From positions 12,201-76,200 of the forward strand of contig JBAZYP010000009.1 in assembly GCA_041659265.1 (NCBI GenBank): a stretch of 64,000 nucleotides of DNA. Direction: 5' to 3'. Shown piece after piece: positions 37,937-48,259 of the stretch (position 1 is its first letter; every line of letters begins with the position of its first letter). Origin of the DNA: Candidatus Pacearchaeota archaeon. GTDB lineage: Archaea > Nanobdellota > Nanobdellia > Pacearchaeales > GW2011-AR1. The notes under the pieces were generated by a model, which saw only the letters and a program-made list of their open reading frames with translations, was not told the DNA's origin and searched no databases. The translations under genes and the position numbers were made by a program.

Positions 37937-40409
37937 AACTTTAAAGAATTCTTTTTATCTGTTTTTTATTTTTTTATTAATATTTGGAATAATTTCTAAT
38001 GCAAATGTAAATGTACATGCAATTGATTCAGCATATGGGCCTAAAATTGAAAAAGAACTTTATACTATTTCAAGAAATAAAGTAGATAGGCTTGTTTATA
38101 AGGGAGATATATTTAGAGATTTTATTGATATTACTTATTCTGGAAGTTCTGGCTCTGAAGTTACTTTTGCGGTTAGCGATGAATTAACAGAAATTATTGA
38201 ATTTGAAACAGCAGGAGTTATTCTAAATTCCAATAATTATTCTAGAGCAAATTTTTTATTAAAGGGAAAGGAAATTGGTAATTATTCTGGATTTATTAAA
38301 TTAAAGGGAGGTATTATTGAAGATATTCCTGTAAATGTAACTGTAATTGAACCTAAAATAGATCCCCCATTAATAATAAGTCTTGAATTATCCGAGTCTA
38401 AGTTTGTTCTTAATAGGCCTTTTGAATTTAAGTTAAATATAAATAAATTAAAACCGGATTTTATAAACAACGTTTCAATTGCATATAGAATTAGGGACAG
38501 TAATAATAAAACTTTTTTTTTGGGTTCTGAACAATTAGATATTCAAACTTCTTTTCAAATTGTCAAGAAATTTAAAATACCTGATGAAATTGATGAAGGG
38601 CAATTTATTTTAGAATGTGAAACTCAATATGAGGATAAAAGGATAATTACTTCTTCAATATTCCTATTAAGAAGACCTTTTATGAAGATACTTATTTTTG
38701 GTTTTTTCCCAATGTGGTTGCTTATAACTATTTTAGGTTTGTTATTTTTTAGTGCTCTTGTTTTTTATCTTATAAGAATGAATTTAGCTAAAAGAAGAAA
38801 ATATCAGATGAAACTTGATTTAAAAACTATTCCTATAAAAGAACCTGGTTTTTTATTTTTAGGTAAAATTGCAGAGAAGAGCAATAAGGCTTATCTTGAT
38901 CCTTATAGGTTAACTACTCATAGTATTGTAGCAGGTGCTACTGGTGGAGGAAAATCAATTGCAGCTCAAGTAATTGTTGAAGAGGCCTTAATAAATAATA
39001 TTGCGGTTATTGTTATGGATCCAACTGCACAATGGTCCGGAATGCTAAGAAAATGTACTGATAAAAAGATGATGTCTTATTATCCTAATTTTGGTTTAAA
39101 AGAAACAGACTCAAGAGCATTCAAGGGTAATGTAAGACAAATAAAGAATGCTCGAGAAATAGTTCATGTTGAAAAATATATGAATCCGGGTCAAATACAG
39201 ATATTATCTCTTAATAAATTGGATCCAAAGGATATGGATTTTTTTATTGCTAATTTTATTAGGCAGATATTTAAGTCAGATCCTAAAGAATCTCCAAATC
39301 TTAAATTATTACTAGTTTTTGATGAGGTTCATAGACTTTTATCAAAATTCGGAGGTACTGGGGAAGGGTTTTTGCAAGTTGAAAGGGCATGCAGAGAGTT
39401 TAGAAAATGGGGTTTAGGAGTAATGTTAATCTCTCAGGTCTTAAATGATTTTGTTGGAGAAATTAAAGCAAATATTTCTACAGAAATTCAGATGAGAACT
39501 AGAGATGAAGGAGATTTAAAAAGAATTCAGACTAAATATGGTGATGAATTCTTACGTTCTTTAGTGAAAGCTTCTGTAGGGGTTGGTATGTTTGTAAATC
39601 CTGCTTATAATCATGCTAGACCTTATTTTGTAAACTTTAGGCCTATATTACATAATACTAGAAGATTGCCTGATGAAGAATTGGAACGTTATAATAAATA
39701 TAATGATATTTTGGAAGATTTAGAATTTCAGACAGATCAACTAGAGAAAGAAAAATTAGATGTTTTTGATCTTAAAATGGAATTAAAACTTGTTAAAGAT
39801 AAAATTATGACAGGAAATTTTTCGGTTGTAGAAATTTATTTAGAGGGATTAACTCCAAGAATTGCAAAAGAATGGGAAAAACTCGGGAAACAACCAAAGA
39901 AACTTGAAGTAGAACTTATTTCTGAAGATGAAATAAAAAAATCAATCGAAGAAGCAAAAAACGCAAGAAAAAAATATGAGCTTGAAGAAGCTAAGAAAAA
40001 AGCTAAAGATGAAAAAGAAGTAGTTAAAGCCCCGGAAAAAGAAAATCTTGATTTGAAAGAAGTTAATCCAATAACTTTTGATAATGGAATTATGGTTTCA
40101 AGTTTAAAAGAACTTAAAAGTGTTTTACCTACTATGGATATAAGTATTTTTAAAATTCATGTAAATGATCAAAAAAATGAGATTGCTGATTGGATAGAGA
40201 AAAATATATCTCCGGAGTTAGGGGTTAGATTAAAAGATGCTAAATTAAAATCACAAATGATTAAAGTTATGGATGATTTTGCTAAAGGAATTGTAGAAGA
40301 GAAGAAAGAAGAGAAGAAAGAAGAGAAGAAAGAAGAGAAGAAAGAAGAGAAAATAGTAGATAATAAATCTCCAGTAAATACAACCCCTGTAAATACGCCT
40401 CCAAAATAA
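37917..40409 (+). CDS. Membrane-anchored HerA/VirB4-type ATPase with extracellular N-terminal domain (ATPase A)
   Basis: Signal peptide, ectodomain, TM FGFFPMWLLITILGLLFFSALVFYLI, Walker A GATGGGKS, Walker B LLLVFDEVH, LISQVLNDF sensor region; overlaps the preceding gene by 20 nt. Confidence 0.88.
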   Translation: MKKKPSKTLKNSFYLFFIFLLIFGIISNANVNVHAIDSAYGPKIEKELYTISRNKVDRLVYKGDIFRDFIDITYSGSSGSEVTFAVSDELTEIIEFETAGVILNSNNYSRANFLLKGKEIGNYSGFIKLKGGIIEDIPVNVTVIEPKIDPPLIISLELSESKFVLNRPFEFKLNINKLKPDFINNVSIAYRIRDSNNKTFFLGSEQLDIQTSFQIVKKFKIPDEIDEGQFILECETQYEDKRIITSSIFLLRRPFMKILIFGFFPMWLLITILGLLFFSALVFYLIRMNLAKRRKYQMKLDLKTIPIKEPGFLFLGKIAEKSNKAYLDPYRLTTHSIVAGATGGGKSIAAQVIVEEALINNIAVIVMDPTAQWSGMLRKCTDKKMMSYYPNFGLKETDSRAFKGNVRQIKNAREIVHVEKYMNPGQIQILSLNKLDPKDMDFFIANFIRQIFKSDPKESPNLKLLLVFDEVHRLLSKFGGTGEGFLQVERACREFRKWGLGVMLISQVLNDFVGEIKANISTEIQMRTRDEGDLKRIQTKYGDEFLRSLVKASVGVGMFVNPAYNHARPYFVNFRPILHNTRRLPDEELERYNKYNDILEDLEFQTDQLEKEKLDVFDLKMELKLVKDKIMTGNFSVVEIYLEGLTPRIAKEWEKLGKQPKKLEVELISEDEIKKSIEEAKNARKKYELEEAKKKAKDEKEVVKAPEKENLDLKEVNPITFDNGIMVSSLKELKSVLPTMDISIFKIHVNDQKNEIADWIEKNISPELGVRLKDAKLKSQMIKVMDDFAKGIVEEKKEEKKEEKKEEKKEEKIVDNKSPVNTTPVNTPPK
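40297..40351 (+). repeat. In-frame 12-nt tandem repeat encoding EKKE units
   Basis: GAGAAGAAAGAA repeated near the 3' end of ATPase A. Confidence 0.8.
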
Positions 40410-40487
40410 GAAAATAACTAATATTAATTAAATAATTAAACTATTTAATAATTAAATAATTAAATAAACTAAATTAAAAAAATTAAA

Positions 40488-41408
40488 ATGAATCTAATCA
40501 TAATTTTTATTATTCTAGGAGTTATCTTATTTTTTTTAATAATTTTTTTTGTTTTTGTTTATTTTTTAAACAAGAAAAAAGAAAGTAGATTGTTTGATGA
40601 TGAATCTAGCGGTTATTTTAGGAAATTTTTTAGAAGATTAAATCCATTTATTTTTTCTGATCAAGAGTTTAATGAAAATATGGAGGGTATTGGTGGAAAT
40701 AATGAAAATTTAAAAGAAAATCTTAAAAAGATAATGTTATCTAGTAATAAAATCACTAAAGATTCTCTTATTAATAAAACAAAAAATAAAAAAATTGATG
40801 AACTTAATAAAGAAAGTCAACCTAATCCTCCTATCTTAAATAATAAACCTATTGATAATAATTTACCTACTAATACTCCTGAAATTCCGAATAAACCTTT
40901 GGCTGTTACAAATGTTAATTTAAATGTAAAAGCAGGTGATAAAACTGTTGCACCCATAAATCCAGTTATACCGGCTCCTAAAAATCCTATAAAATCAAAA
41001 CTTCCTTCAAAACTTCCTTACGAAGGTCCAAAAACAGTTAATTTTGAAACTATTGTTGAAGCTGTAAAAGATGAAGAATTATTGATAATCTTAAAGGCTC
41101 TAAAGGAGAAGTATAATAAATTTCTTGAAAAAAGAACATTAAATAAAAACTTTAATTCTTATGAGGAGCTTCTTGATTTTTTAAAAAATGAGATAAAACT
41201 TTTTTTAAAAGATACTTATGAAGCATTAAAATCTGAGATTTCTACATTAAGAAGATCTGGAAAAGATACTAATGAGCAATCTATAAGGTTAATGTCTGTA
41301 CCTTTAAAGATAAAAATATATGAATCTAATCCCTCAATAAAAAATTTTAATAATGTTTTAGAAATTATTGGACATATTGAAGAAGGCATTAATAATCTTA
41401 AAAAATAA
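40488..41408 (+). CDS. Single-TM protein with Pro/Asn-rich linker and helical C-terminal domain (ATPase A partner candidate)
   Basis: N-terminal TM LIIIFIILGVILFFLIIFFVFVYFL; C-terminus SVPLKIKIYESNPSIKNFNNVLEIIGHIEEGINNLKK. Confidence 0.7.
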   Translation: MNLIIIFIILGVILFFLIIFFVFVYFLNKKKESRLFDDESSGYFRKFFRRLNPFIFSDQEFNENMEGIGGNNENLKENLKKIMLSSNKITKDSLINKTKNKKIDELNKESQPNPPILNNKPIDNNLPTNTPEIPNKPLAVTNVNLNVKAGDKTVAPINPVIPAPKNPIKSKLPSKLPYEGPKTVNFETIVEAVKDEELLIILKALKEKYNKFLEKRTLNKNFNSYEELLDFLKNEIKLFLKDTYEALKSEISTLRRSGKDTNEQSIRLMSVPLKIKIYESNPSIKNFNNVLEIIGHIEEGINNLKK

Positions 41409-41439
41409 TTAGACTAAATAATTTGTTAATACTTAAGAT

Positions 41440-43134
41440 TTAATCTTCATCATCTTCCCTACGTTTAATAATAAATATGATTATAATCAGGATAATAATC
41501 AATATAATTAATATTATTATGATGTAGGTTATTAAAGTAAGATTTTCTATTCTTAAATCCATTTTATCTATAGTTAAAACATAGACAAGATTATCCTCTT
41601 TTTCACCTGAATAAACTGTAAGTTTTATAAATGGATTTTTTAATAAATCTTCTTCATTTAATTCTTCATGAATTAGAATGTCTTGTGATTTTTTACTTTT
41701 TATTAGAACAGATCCTTCTATACCTAATGTCCTTTTAGTATAACCCATTATTACATCTTTTAGCTCAAAATCTATCCAACAATCTATTTCATAGGGGTTA
41801 TTAATTCTTAATTTAAAATATTTTTTTTGTTTATTATATTTTAAGAATTTTATATCTTCTTTTGAAAGTTTGCATCTATCTAATACTTCTACTATTGTTA
41901 CATTTACTCTTGCAGTTAGAACTTTATCTAAAGAACTTGAAATTTCTCCTAATAGGGCATAAACATCTGCTTCTAATGTATCACCAACAGTAGCATTAAC
42001 AATATAACTTATTGTTTTATAATCTCCTGGAGCTATAAAAATAGGGTCTATATCTCCTACACGGATTCTATCTGTACCGGAGATTAATGTAATTGTTCCT
42101 TTTATAAATGCAGGGACATTAGAATCACTTTTATAGGTAACTTCTAATTGTTTTGTTGCTTTATTATATTTAATAGATTTAATAGAAATTTGAACATTTG
42201 GAGTTGGTAGTGGAAAGATATCTAACCCTTCAATAGCTGAAATTCCTTTTGTTTCTGCTCTTGCACCCCTAGCAAATTTAACCATAACACTAACTCCTGT
42301 ACTTCTCTTGATATTTGTTGCTGCCCCCACCAATTCATTTCCTACAAGAACACCAACTTCTATACCTGAATTTTTAAGATAATCTTTTATTTGATCTGGA
42401 ACATTTTCTCTTCCTGTGAAAAGCACTGGTTGAATTCCATTCATTAATTCTCTTTCTATAAATTCTCCATTTGTTAAAGCTACTTGCTTTGTTGGTTTAA
42501 TAGCTAAATATCTTTTAACTATTTCAATATTATCTTTAAATTTATCTTCGTTATCTATTACTTCTGGATTGTATTTATTTAACATATCCCTAACTTCTCT
42601 ATCAATATAACCGTAGATTATTATTTTTTTTATTGTTCTTTTAGAAAGAATATTCTCTATTTCCATACTATTTTGTCTATTTGCAAGAAATACCCAAGAT
42701 CTAGTTGTTACTGCATAGGGAGCTACAGCCATAGCGTTAAATCCATAGGAATCTCCAACAACAATAAAATTTTCAATATCAACTAAATCATTAATTAGTT
42801 CTAAATTGGCACTATCTACACTTAATTCATCAGCACCAGCAAAACTTTTAGAAGTTATAACATCTGGATAATTAAATACATAAGGTTTTGATTTAGATGT
42901 GATTACCCTTATACTGTTTTTTTTATCAATATTATTTAATAATAATTGACCGTGATTTGTACTTACAAGAAAATCACTACCTATTTTTTTAAGATTAGCA
43001 TAATGTATTGTTGAATATACATCCTGCCAATTTTCGGAATTTGATATCACATGGGTAATTTCTTGAGAACTAATAAAATTTATAGCTAATAAGGAAAATA
43101 ATACGCTTAAAAAAATTATACCACTCTTTTTCAT
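41440..43134 (-). CDS. Surface protein with putative cell-wall-binding-repeat-2-like region and C-terminal TM
   Basis: VVGDSYGFNAMAVAPYAVTTRSWVFLANRQNSMEIENILSKRTIKKIIIYGYIDREVRDML; signal peptide; C-terminal poly-Ile/Leu TM. Confidence 0.6.
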   Translation of the reverse strand: MKKSGIIFLSVLFSLLAINFISSQEITHVISNSENWQDVYSTIHYANLKKIGSDFLVSTNHGQLLLNNIDKKNSIRVITSKSKPYVFNYPDVITSKSFAGADELSVDSANLELINDLVDIENFIVVGDSYGFNAMAVAPYAVTTRSWVFLANRQNSMEIENILSKRTIKKIIIYGYIDREVRDMLNKYNPEVIDNEDKFKDNIEIVKRYLAIKPTKQVALTNGEFIERELMNGIQPVLFTGRENVPDQIKDYLKNSGIEVGVLVGNELVGAATNIKRSTGVSVMVKFARGARAETKGISAIEGLDIFPLPTPNVQISIKSIKYNKATKQLEVTYKSDSNVPAFIKGTITLISGTDRIRVGDIDPIFIAPGDYKTISYIVNATVGDTLEADVYALLGEISSSLDKVLTARVNVTIVEVLDRCKLSKEDIKFLKYNKQKKYFKLRINNPYEIDCWIDFELKDVIMGYTKRTLGIEGSVLIKSKKSQDILIHEELNEEDLLKNPFIKLTVYSGEKEDNLVYVLTIDKMDLRIENLTLITYIIIILIILIIILIIIIFIIKRREDDED

Positions 43135-43281
43135 TAATGATACTCTTAAAGTTAAATATATAAAATTTTCTATATTATTTATTCTATTTTAAGTATAGAA
43201 TTTTATGATATTAATAGAGGTATCAAATTTAAGAGTGGAAAATATCTGAAACTTTATATACTTTGTTTTTTAATTTATAAT

Positions 43282-44091
43282 ATGTTTAATATCCTTTTTA
43301 ATCCTAAAAAAGCACAGAGACATCCAATAGAAATGATGTTTATTGGAATGTTTTATTCTTCTATTTCTATTTTATTAAGCGCATGGCTTTTTCCAGATCA
43401 TACTTCTCTAGTTATGGTATTTTTTACAGTTCTTTCTTGTTTATATGTTGTTCAGGGTGCAATAAAGCATGAAGAATCTATAGAAAGATCTTATAAAACT
43501 GAATTTTGGATATTAAAACATCATTCAAAACTTTTAGTTTTTTTATTATTTCTTTTTTTGGGATTTGTTTTTTCATTTGCTTTTTGGAGTTTCTTTTTAC
43601 CGGGTGATAATTCTAATAATGTTTTCGGGCTTCAAAAAGCGGTTGTTGAAGGTATAAAAACTAGTTCTATAAAGGGAGATTTTACAAATTCTAATCAGGT
43701 TATTTTTGCTATTTTAGCAAATAATTTGAAGGTTAGTATTCTTTCTTTAGTTTTAGCATTTTTTTATGGTGCTGGAGCAATATTTGTTTTAGTATGGAAT
43801 GCTAGTGTAATGGGTTTAGTTATTGGTAATTTAGCAAAAGTTAAATTTGGAATATTAGGGCTTCCTATAGCATTTACAAAATATTTTGTTCACGGGATTC
43901 CTGAAATGCTTGCATATTTAGTTGTTGCAATAGCTGGAGGGATAATTTATACTGCGGTTTGGAAAGGGGATTTTTTGAAATATGGCAGATCAAAAAAGAT
44001 TTTTCTTGATGTAATTGTTTTAATATTTATCTCCTTATTATTATTAGTATTTGCAGCATTAATTGAAGTATACATTTCTCCTTATATCTAA
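43282..44091 (+). CDS. SpoIIM / DUF95-family integral membrane protein
   Basis: HPIEMMFIGMFYSSISILLSAWLF...FFYGAGAIFVLVWNASVMGLVIG...FTKYFVHGIPEMLAYLVVAIAGG. Confidence 0.88.
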   Translation: MFNILFNPKKAQRHPIEMMFIGMFYSSISILLSAWLFPDHTSLVMVFFTVLSCLYVVQGAIKHEESIERSYKTEFWILKHHSKLLVFLLFLFLGFVFSFAFWSFFLPGDNSNNVFGLQKAVVEGIKTSSIKGDFTNSNQVIFAILANNLKVSILSLVLAFFYGAGAIFVLVWNASVMGLVIGNLAKVKFGILGLPIAFTKYFVHGIPEMLAYLVVAIAGGIIYTAVWKGDFLKYGRSKKIFLDVIVLIFISLLLLVFAALIEVYISPYI

Positions 44092-44240
44092 TTTGATAGA
44101 TTTGATTTATATTAATAATTTATATCTATGAAATTCATGATTAAGATTAGGTTCGTATAAATTATTATTAAAAATTATTAAAAAGATGAGAGGAAAAAAA
44201 TCCTTGTTATAAATTGGAGTTAATATTTTAGGCTTTGTTA

Positions 44241-44259
44241 CGGAGTTCTTTAAACTCCG
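44241..44259. repeat. 7-bp inverted repeat (hairpin)
   Basis: CGGAGTT-cttta-AACTCCG, GC-rich island in AT-rich intergenic region. Confidence 0.65.
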
Positions 44260-44408
44260 AATAAGAACGCAACTATTAAAGGCTAATAAGACAAAAGTTT
44301 CTTAAAAAATAATCATTTCGGACAGAGCGATATTTTAGATAAATTTATAAATAAAGATTTATTTATTTGGATATAAAAAGTACATAAAAAGTACTTTAAA
44401 AGTATCAA

Positions 44409-44585
44409 ATGACGGAAATCTTATTTAAAGGATCTAAAATTCAGACTGGAGAAAGAATAAAAATTCCTAAACCTATAGTAGATACTCTAAACCTTTATTC
44501 TGGCCAAGGGATTATAATTATTTTTGATGCTGAAAAAAAAGAAATAATTATTAGAGAAGAAAAGAATAAAAAAGATAAAAAATGA
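44409..44585 (+). CDS. Small AbrB/SpoVT-like DNA-binding protein (58 aa)
   Basis: MTEILFKGSKIQTGERIKIPKPIVDTLNLYSGQGIIIIFDAEKKEIIIREEKNKKDKK*; not in ORF track; ATGA overlap with the next gene. Confidence 0.7.
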   Translation: MTEILFKGSKIQTGERIKIPKPIVDTLNLYSGQGIIIIFDAEKKEIIIREEKNKKDKK

Positions 44586-46465
44586 ACATAATTAAACATC
44601 TAAATAAATTTAGTATTGTCCTATTAGCCTTTATTTTAGCATTGCAGCTAGTTTCAGCTTCTCATTATATAACTGGTTATGTTCATGATTCTTTAGATTC
44701 ATTAGAAAGTGCAAATGATAAACAAGTTATTTTATGGAATCCAATTATAGGTATGCAAGAGAATATTAGTGATATTATTGGAATAAATGGAAATTCTGAA
44801 TCTTCAAATACTTTTATGTTTGATTGTGAATTATTGAATAATTCTTGTAAAATTGGAGATATTTTTAAGGTTAAAACTTTAAATGATGGAGATAATTATT
44901 TTAGTGAAGAAGAATCAGTAATTATTAGTGGTGCAGGTTATGATATAACTCCGGATTTAATTTTAAATAGTCCTCCTAATATAACTTTAAATTTTCCATT
45001 AGAGCAAGGAAATGAAAGTAGAACGGTTCGTTTTAATTGTTCTATTTTTGATTTAGATTCTAACCTTCATAATGTTAGTTTGTATGGTAATTGGACCGGG
45101 ACTTGGCATTTAAATGAGACTATAGAAACTCTGGGTGGGGCGACTTCAGTTTTATTTGAAAAAAATCTAAGCGAGGGAGAATATTCTTGGAACTGTTTAA
45201 GCTATGATAATTTATCTATATCTGGATTTAATTATAAAAATAATACATTTAGAGTAGATACAACTAGCCCTGTAATATCCCAGATTTCTGTTAATTCCAC
45301 TTATGGGTGTGGAAATTCTTATATTAATGTAAATTGCTCTGCAATTGATAGTTATGTGGGCATTGATAGTGTAATAATTCAAGCATTAAAACCTAGTGGA
45401 AGTGCTTTTTATCCTGCAAATATTTTAATACCGGGAGTATATTCTACAGAGATATTATTAGATGAAGGAGGTAATTGGAGTTTTATTTGTATTGCAAATG
45501 ATAGTTCATCAAATATTGCAAATCTTTCTTCCAATATAATAAGAGTTTATTCTTTAACTGAAAATGAGATATATGTTAATTATTCTAAAATCTATTTTGG
45601 TAATGAAAAACCAATTGAAACTGAAGAAGTAATTATTAATGCAACAATTGAGAATAGGGGATGCTCTAATTTAAATAATTTTTTAGTAGGATTTTTTAAT
45701 GGTGAACCTACTTTAGGCAATCAAATAGGAAATAATTTAACTATTTCCATACCCGGTTTTTCAAGTCAGATTGTTAATATAAGCTGGAGTGCATTAATTG
45801 GATTAACAAATATATTTATTTTTGCAGATTTAAATGATTCCATAATTGAAATAAATAATAATAACAATATTGCTAATAAGACAATAATTGTTGGTTCTTG
45901 GCAGACTTTTTATGGAAATGTGACTCTTGATAAAATTCTTGCAGATAGTTTGTTCTTTAATTTTAGTTCATGGTATAATGAATCTGAACCAATGGGAAAT
46001 ATATTTGTAGCAGATAAAGAGTCTAATATTAATTGGGCGGCATTATATCCTATTGGAAGAAATATTAGTGGAGATTTAAAGAATGATGATTTTTCTAATA
46101 TAGATAATATTTTTAATACTGCTGAATTTAATGATTCAGTAGAAAAACTTTATTCTACTTTTGGAAATTCTAAATTTAGTGATAGTTTTTTTATTCATCA
46201 TCGTAATTTAACAAATGTTCCTATTTTAAATTCAACTAATTCATCTAATTTTATTACTGGAATTCTTTGGGATTCTGCTAAAGATAGTGGTAATGGGGAG
46301 TTTGATGTTATAGATAAAGAAGATATTGTATTTGTAACAAAAATAAATAAGGCTAGTCCTGGTGGTTATGGCATATATGATTATGAAATAACCATCCCAG
46401 TTAGATTAAGAGAGTTCAATAGTCTTGATAGTAGTGAAATCTATTTTTATTATGAACTTGAATAA
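44582..46465 (+). CDS. Large secreted/surface protein; Ig/CARDB-like domains and C-terminal WQ-F-GN type domain
   Basis: Signal peptide SIVLLAFILALQLVSA; SHYITGYVHDSLDS...; CARDB-like NATIENRGCSNLNNFLVGFF; C-terminal WQTFYGNVTLDKILADSLFFNFSSW...YGIYDYEITIPVRLREFNSLDSSEIYFYYELE. Confidence 0.8.
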   Translation: MNIIKHLNKFSIVLLAFILALQLVSASHYITGYVHDSLDSLESANDKQVILWNPIIGMQENISDIIGINGNSESSNTFMFDCELLNNSCKIGDIFKVKTLNDGDNYFSEEESVIISGAGYDITPDLILNSPPNITLNFPLEQGNESRTVRFNCSIFDLDSNLHNVSLYGNWTGTWHLNETIETLGGATSVLFEKNLSEGEYSWNCLSYDNLSISGFNYKNNTFRVDTTSPVISQISVNSTYGCGNSYINVNCSAIDSYVGIDSVIIQALKPSGSAFYPANILIPGVYSTEILLDEGGNWSFICIANDSSSNIANLSSNIIRVYSLTENEIYVNYSKIYFGNEKPIETEEVIINATIENRGCSNLNNFLVGFFNGEPTLGNQIGNNLTISIPGFSSQIVNISWSALIGLTNIFIFADLNDSIIEINNNNNIANKTIIVGSWQTFYGNVTLDKILADSLFFNFSSWYNESEPMGNIFVADKESNINWAALYPIGRNISGDLKNDDFSNIDNIFNTAEFNDSVEKLYSTFGNSKFSDSFFIHHRNLTNVPILNSTNSSNFITGILWDSAKDSGNGEFDVIDKEDIVFVTKINKASPGGYGIYDYEITIPVRLREFNSLDSSEIYFYYELE

Positions 46466-46473
46466 TTATAAAA

Positions 46474-47142
46474 TTATTCTTTTTTTCCTTGAAGTAATTT
46501 TTCAGCTATAAGTTCGTCTGGCCTTTTTTCTACAACCACTTCTTCTTTTTTTCTTTTTAAAATTTTTTTAAAAATCTTTGAAACAATAGTGAAAATATTT
46601 AGTATTATTTTTTTAATAAACCTTAAAATCCCCATAATAATTTTTATAATCAATTTTATTAAGGATAGAATAAACTTTTTAATCATGTTAATGATATTTT
46701 TTATAATTCTTTTTATTTCATTATAGGTTAGTTTAAAGAATAATCTGGTTTTTAAAATGCCGCGTATAAGAAAATTGGGCATTAATTTATGAAAAATTTT
46801 TCTAAAATTTATTTTAAATTTAAATCTGAACATTTCCCATTTTAAACTAATTTTTTCCTTAATAGAAAGTTCCAGATTTAATCGCTTAACGGTAAAATGT
46901 TCTTCTTTATTTTTTTCTTTTTTTATTGCTTTTTTTTTCTCATTTATATAAAGTCTTTTTTGTTCATCAATAAATTTTTTATATTTTAATTCATATGCAA
47001 TACGTGCTTTGTTAAGTTTTTCTTTGTAATCCTTTTCTCTTGAAATTTTGATTGGATATTTTTTAAAATCTTCAAGATACTCTCTATCTATTCTTTCTAT
47101 TTCATGTTTATAAAATTCTTCAATATCATCCGCGTTTTCCAT
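46474..47142 (-). CDS. Coiled-coil / amphipathic helix protein, basic
   Basis: Long Lys/Glu helical region and hydrophobic IIKNIINMIKKFILSLIKLIIKIIMGILRFIKKIILNIF. Confidence 0.65.
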   Translation of the reverse strand: MENADDIEEFYKHEIERIDREYLEDFKKYPIKISREKDYKEKLNKARIAYELKYKKFIDEQKRLYINEKKKAIKKEKNKEEHFTVKRLNLELSIKEKISLKWEMFRFKFKINFRKIFHKLMPNFLIRGILKTRLFFKLTYNEIKRIIKNIINMIKKFILSLIKLIIKIIMGILRFIKKIILNIFTIVSKIFKKILKRKKEEVVVEKRPDELIAEKLLQGKKE

Positions 47143-47144
47143 TT

Positions 47145-47456
47145 TTATTTACAATAACAATCACATTTATGGCAGGAATTCTCTTGAAAACTAAATTCAA
47201 CTCTAAAAAATTTCATCTTTCGAATATTGCACTCATTATAGCATCTAATTTTGCATTTATCTTCATTTTCAATTTGATGAAGAATAGTATTCATTATTAG
47301 AGAACATTCATCTTTTAATTCAATTAGGGAAGGTTCTTTATTTATATTTTTTATCTTATCATAAAATCCAAATTCTGATAAAATCAATGAGGTTAAAATT
47401 ACCAAGAGAACAATTGTTATTATAATAAGCTTCTTACTAATCTTCTTCTTTTTCAT
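47145..47456 (-). CDS. Small single-TM protein with 8-Cys C-terminal domain
   Basis: MKKKKISKKLIIITIVLLVILTSLILSEFG...CSLIMNTILHQIENEDKCKIRCYNECNIRK...CHKCDCYCK; likely start 47456, not 47498. Confidence 0.65.
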   Translation of the reverse strand: MKKKKISKKLIIITIVLLVILTSLILSEFGFYDKIKNINKEPSLIELKDECSLIMNTILHQIENEDKCKIRCYNECNIRKMKFFRVEFSFQENSCHKCDCYCK

Positions 47457-48168
47457 TTTCCTTGCTTTTTCTTTTACAAATCTCAACAAAATCAGCAAGC
47501 ATCATTTTTAATTCTTTTTCTTGTTCTTTAATCTCTTCTTCTTTTTCAACCATATTAAAATATATATTTTGCCATTCTTTTTCTAAATCTTTGAGATTTT
47601 TTGTTTTTTCAGAAATTCTCTCCTGAAAATTTTTGCTTAACATTTTTATTACCGTATTATTCTTCTTTCCTTCCCAATGTTTTTTCATATCCTTAACAAT
47701 ATCTCTTGAAACAAATTTTTTCTTATACCAATCTTCTAATTCTTCTATATTTGTAATTTCTTTATCAATATTTTCTTTTAGTTCAGAAAAATAACTTTCT
47801 TCAGAATCAAATTCCATTGCAGGTTCATTTTTGTTTAAAGAAAATTCTTTATGTTGAAAATGTGGTTTATGATGTTTTGGTTTTATTTTAGGATGAAGAT
47901 TCGTATTTTCAATAATAACTTCAGTTGTTTTAACTGGTTCAATTACTTCATCAGAGTTATTAGATTCAATTGGAGTAATAATTGGTTTAAAACCTATTTC
48001 TTCTCTTGATTCTTCTTGAGATTCTATAAGCGGATTAAACTCATCTTCATTTAAAGAAGTTTTTTTTAGGGGTTTTTCAGGTTCAATTTTTTCTTGCATT
48101 TCGTCTGTCACTAATTCTGGAAGTTCATCAGGTGCTGATTTGCTCTTAAAAATACCAAAAAGTCCCAT
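47437..48168 (-). CDS. Cytoplasmic acidic/coiled-coil protein
   Basis: MGLFGIFKSKSAPDELPELVTDEMQEK...; helical C-terminus; heads a 3-gene minus-strand operon. Confidence 0.7.
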   Translation of the reverse strand: MGLFGIFKSKSAPDELPELVTDEMQEKIEPEKPLKKTSLNEDEFNPLIESQEESREEIGFKPIITPIESNNSDEVIEPVKTTEVIIENTNLHPKIKPKHHKPHFQHKEFSLNKNEPAMEFDSEESYFSELKENIDKEITNIEELEDWYKKKFVSRDIVKDMKKHWEGKKNNTVIKMLSKNFQERISEKTKNLKDLEKEWQNIYFNMVEKEEEIKEQEKELKMMLADFVEICKRKSKENEKEED

Positions 48169-48259
48169 TTTATTTAACCCCTTTAATAAATAGAAAAAGA
48201 CGAAAATTCTTTAAATACTTTTCGGTATCTTGTCTTCGAATTTTAATAAAGTTTATTAA

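Noticed and set aside
40297-40351. 12-nt tandem repeat considered as a regulatory microsatellite
   Set aside because: In-frame EKKE coding repeat in a charged tail; length variation would not shift frame
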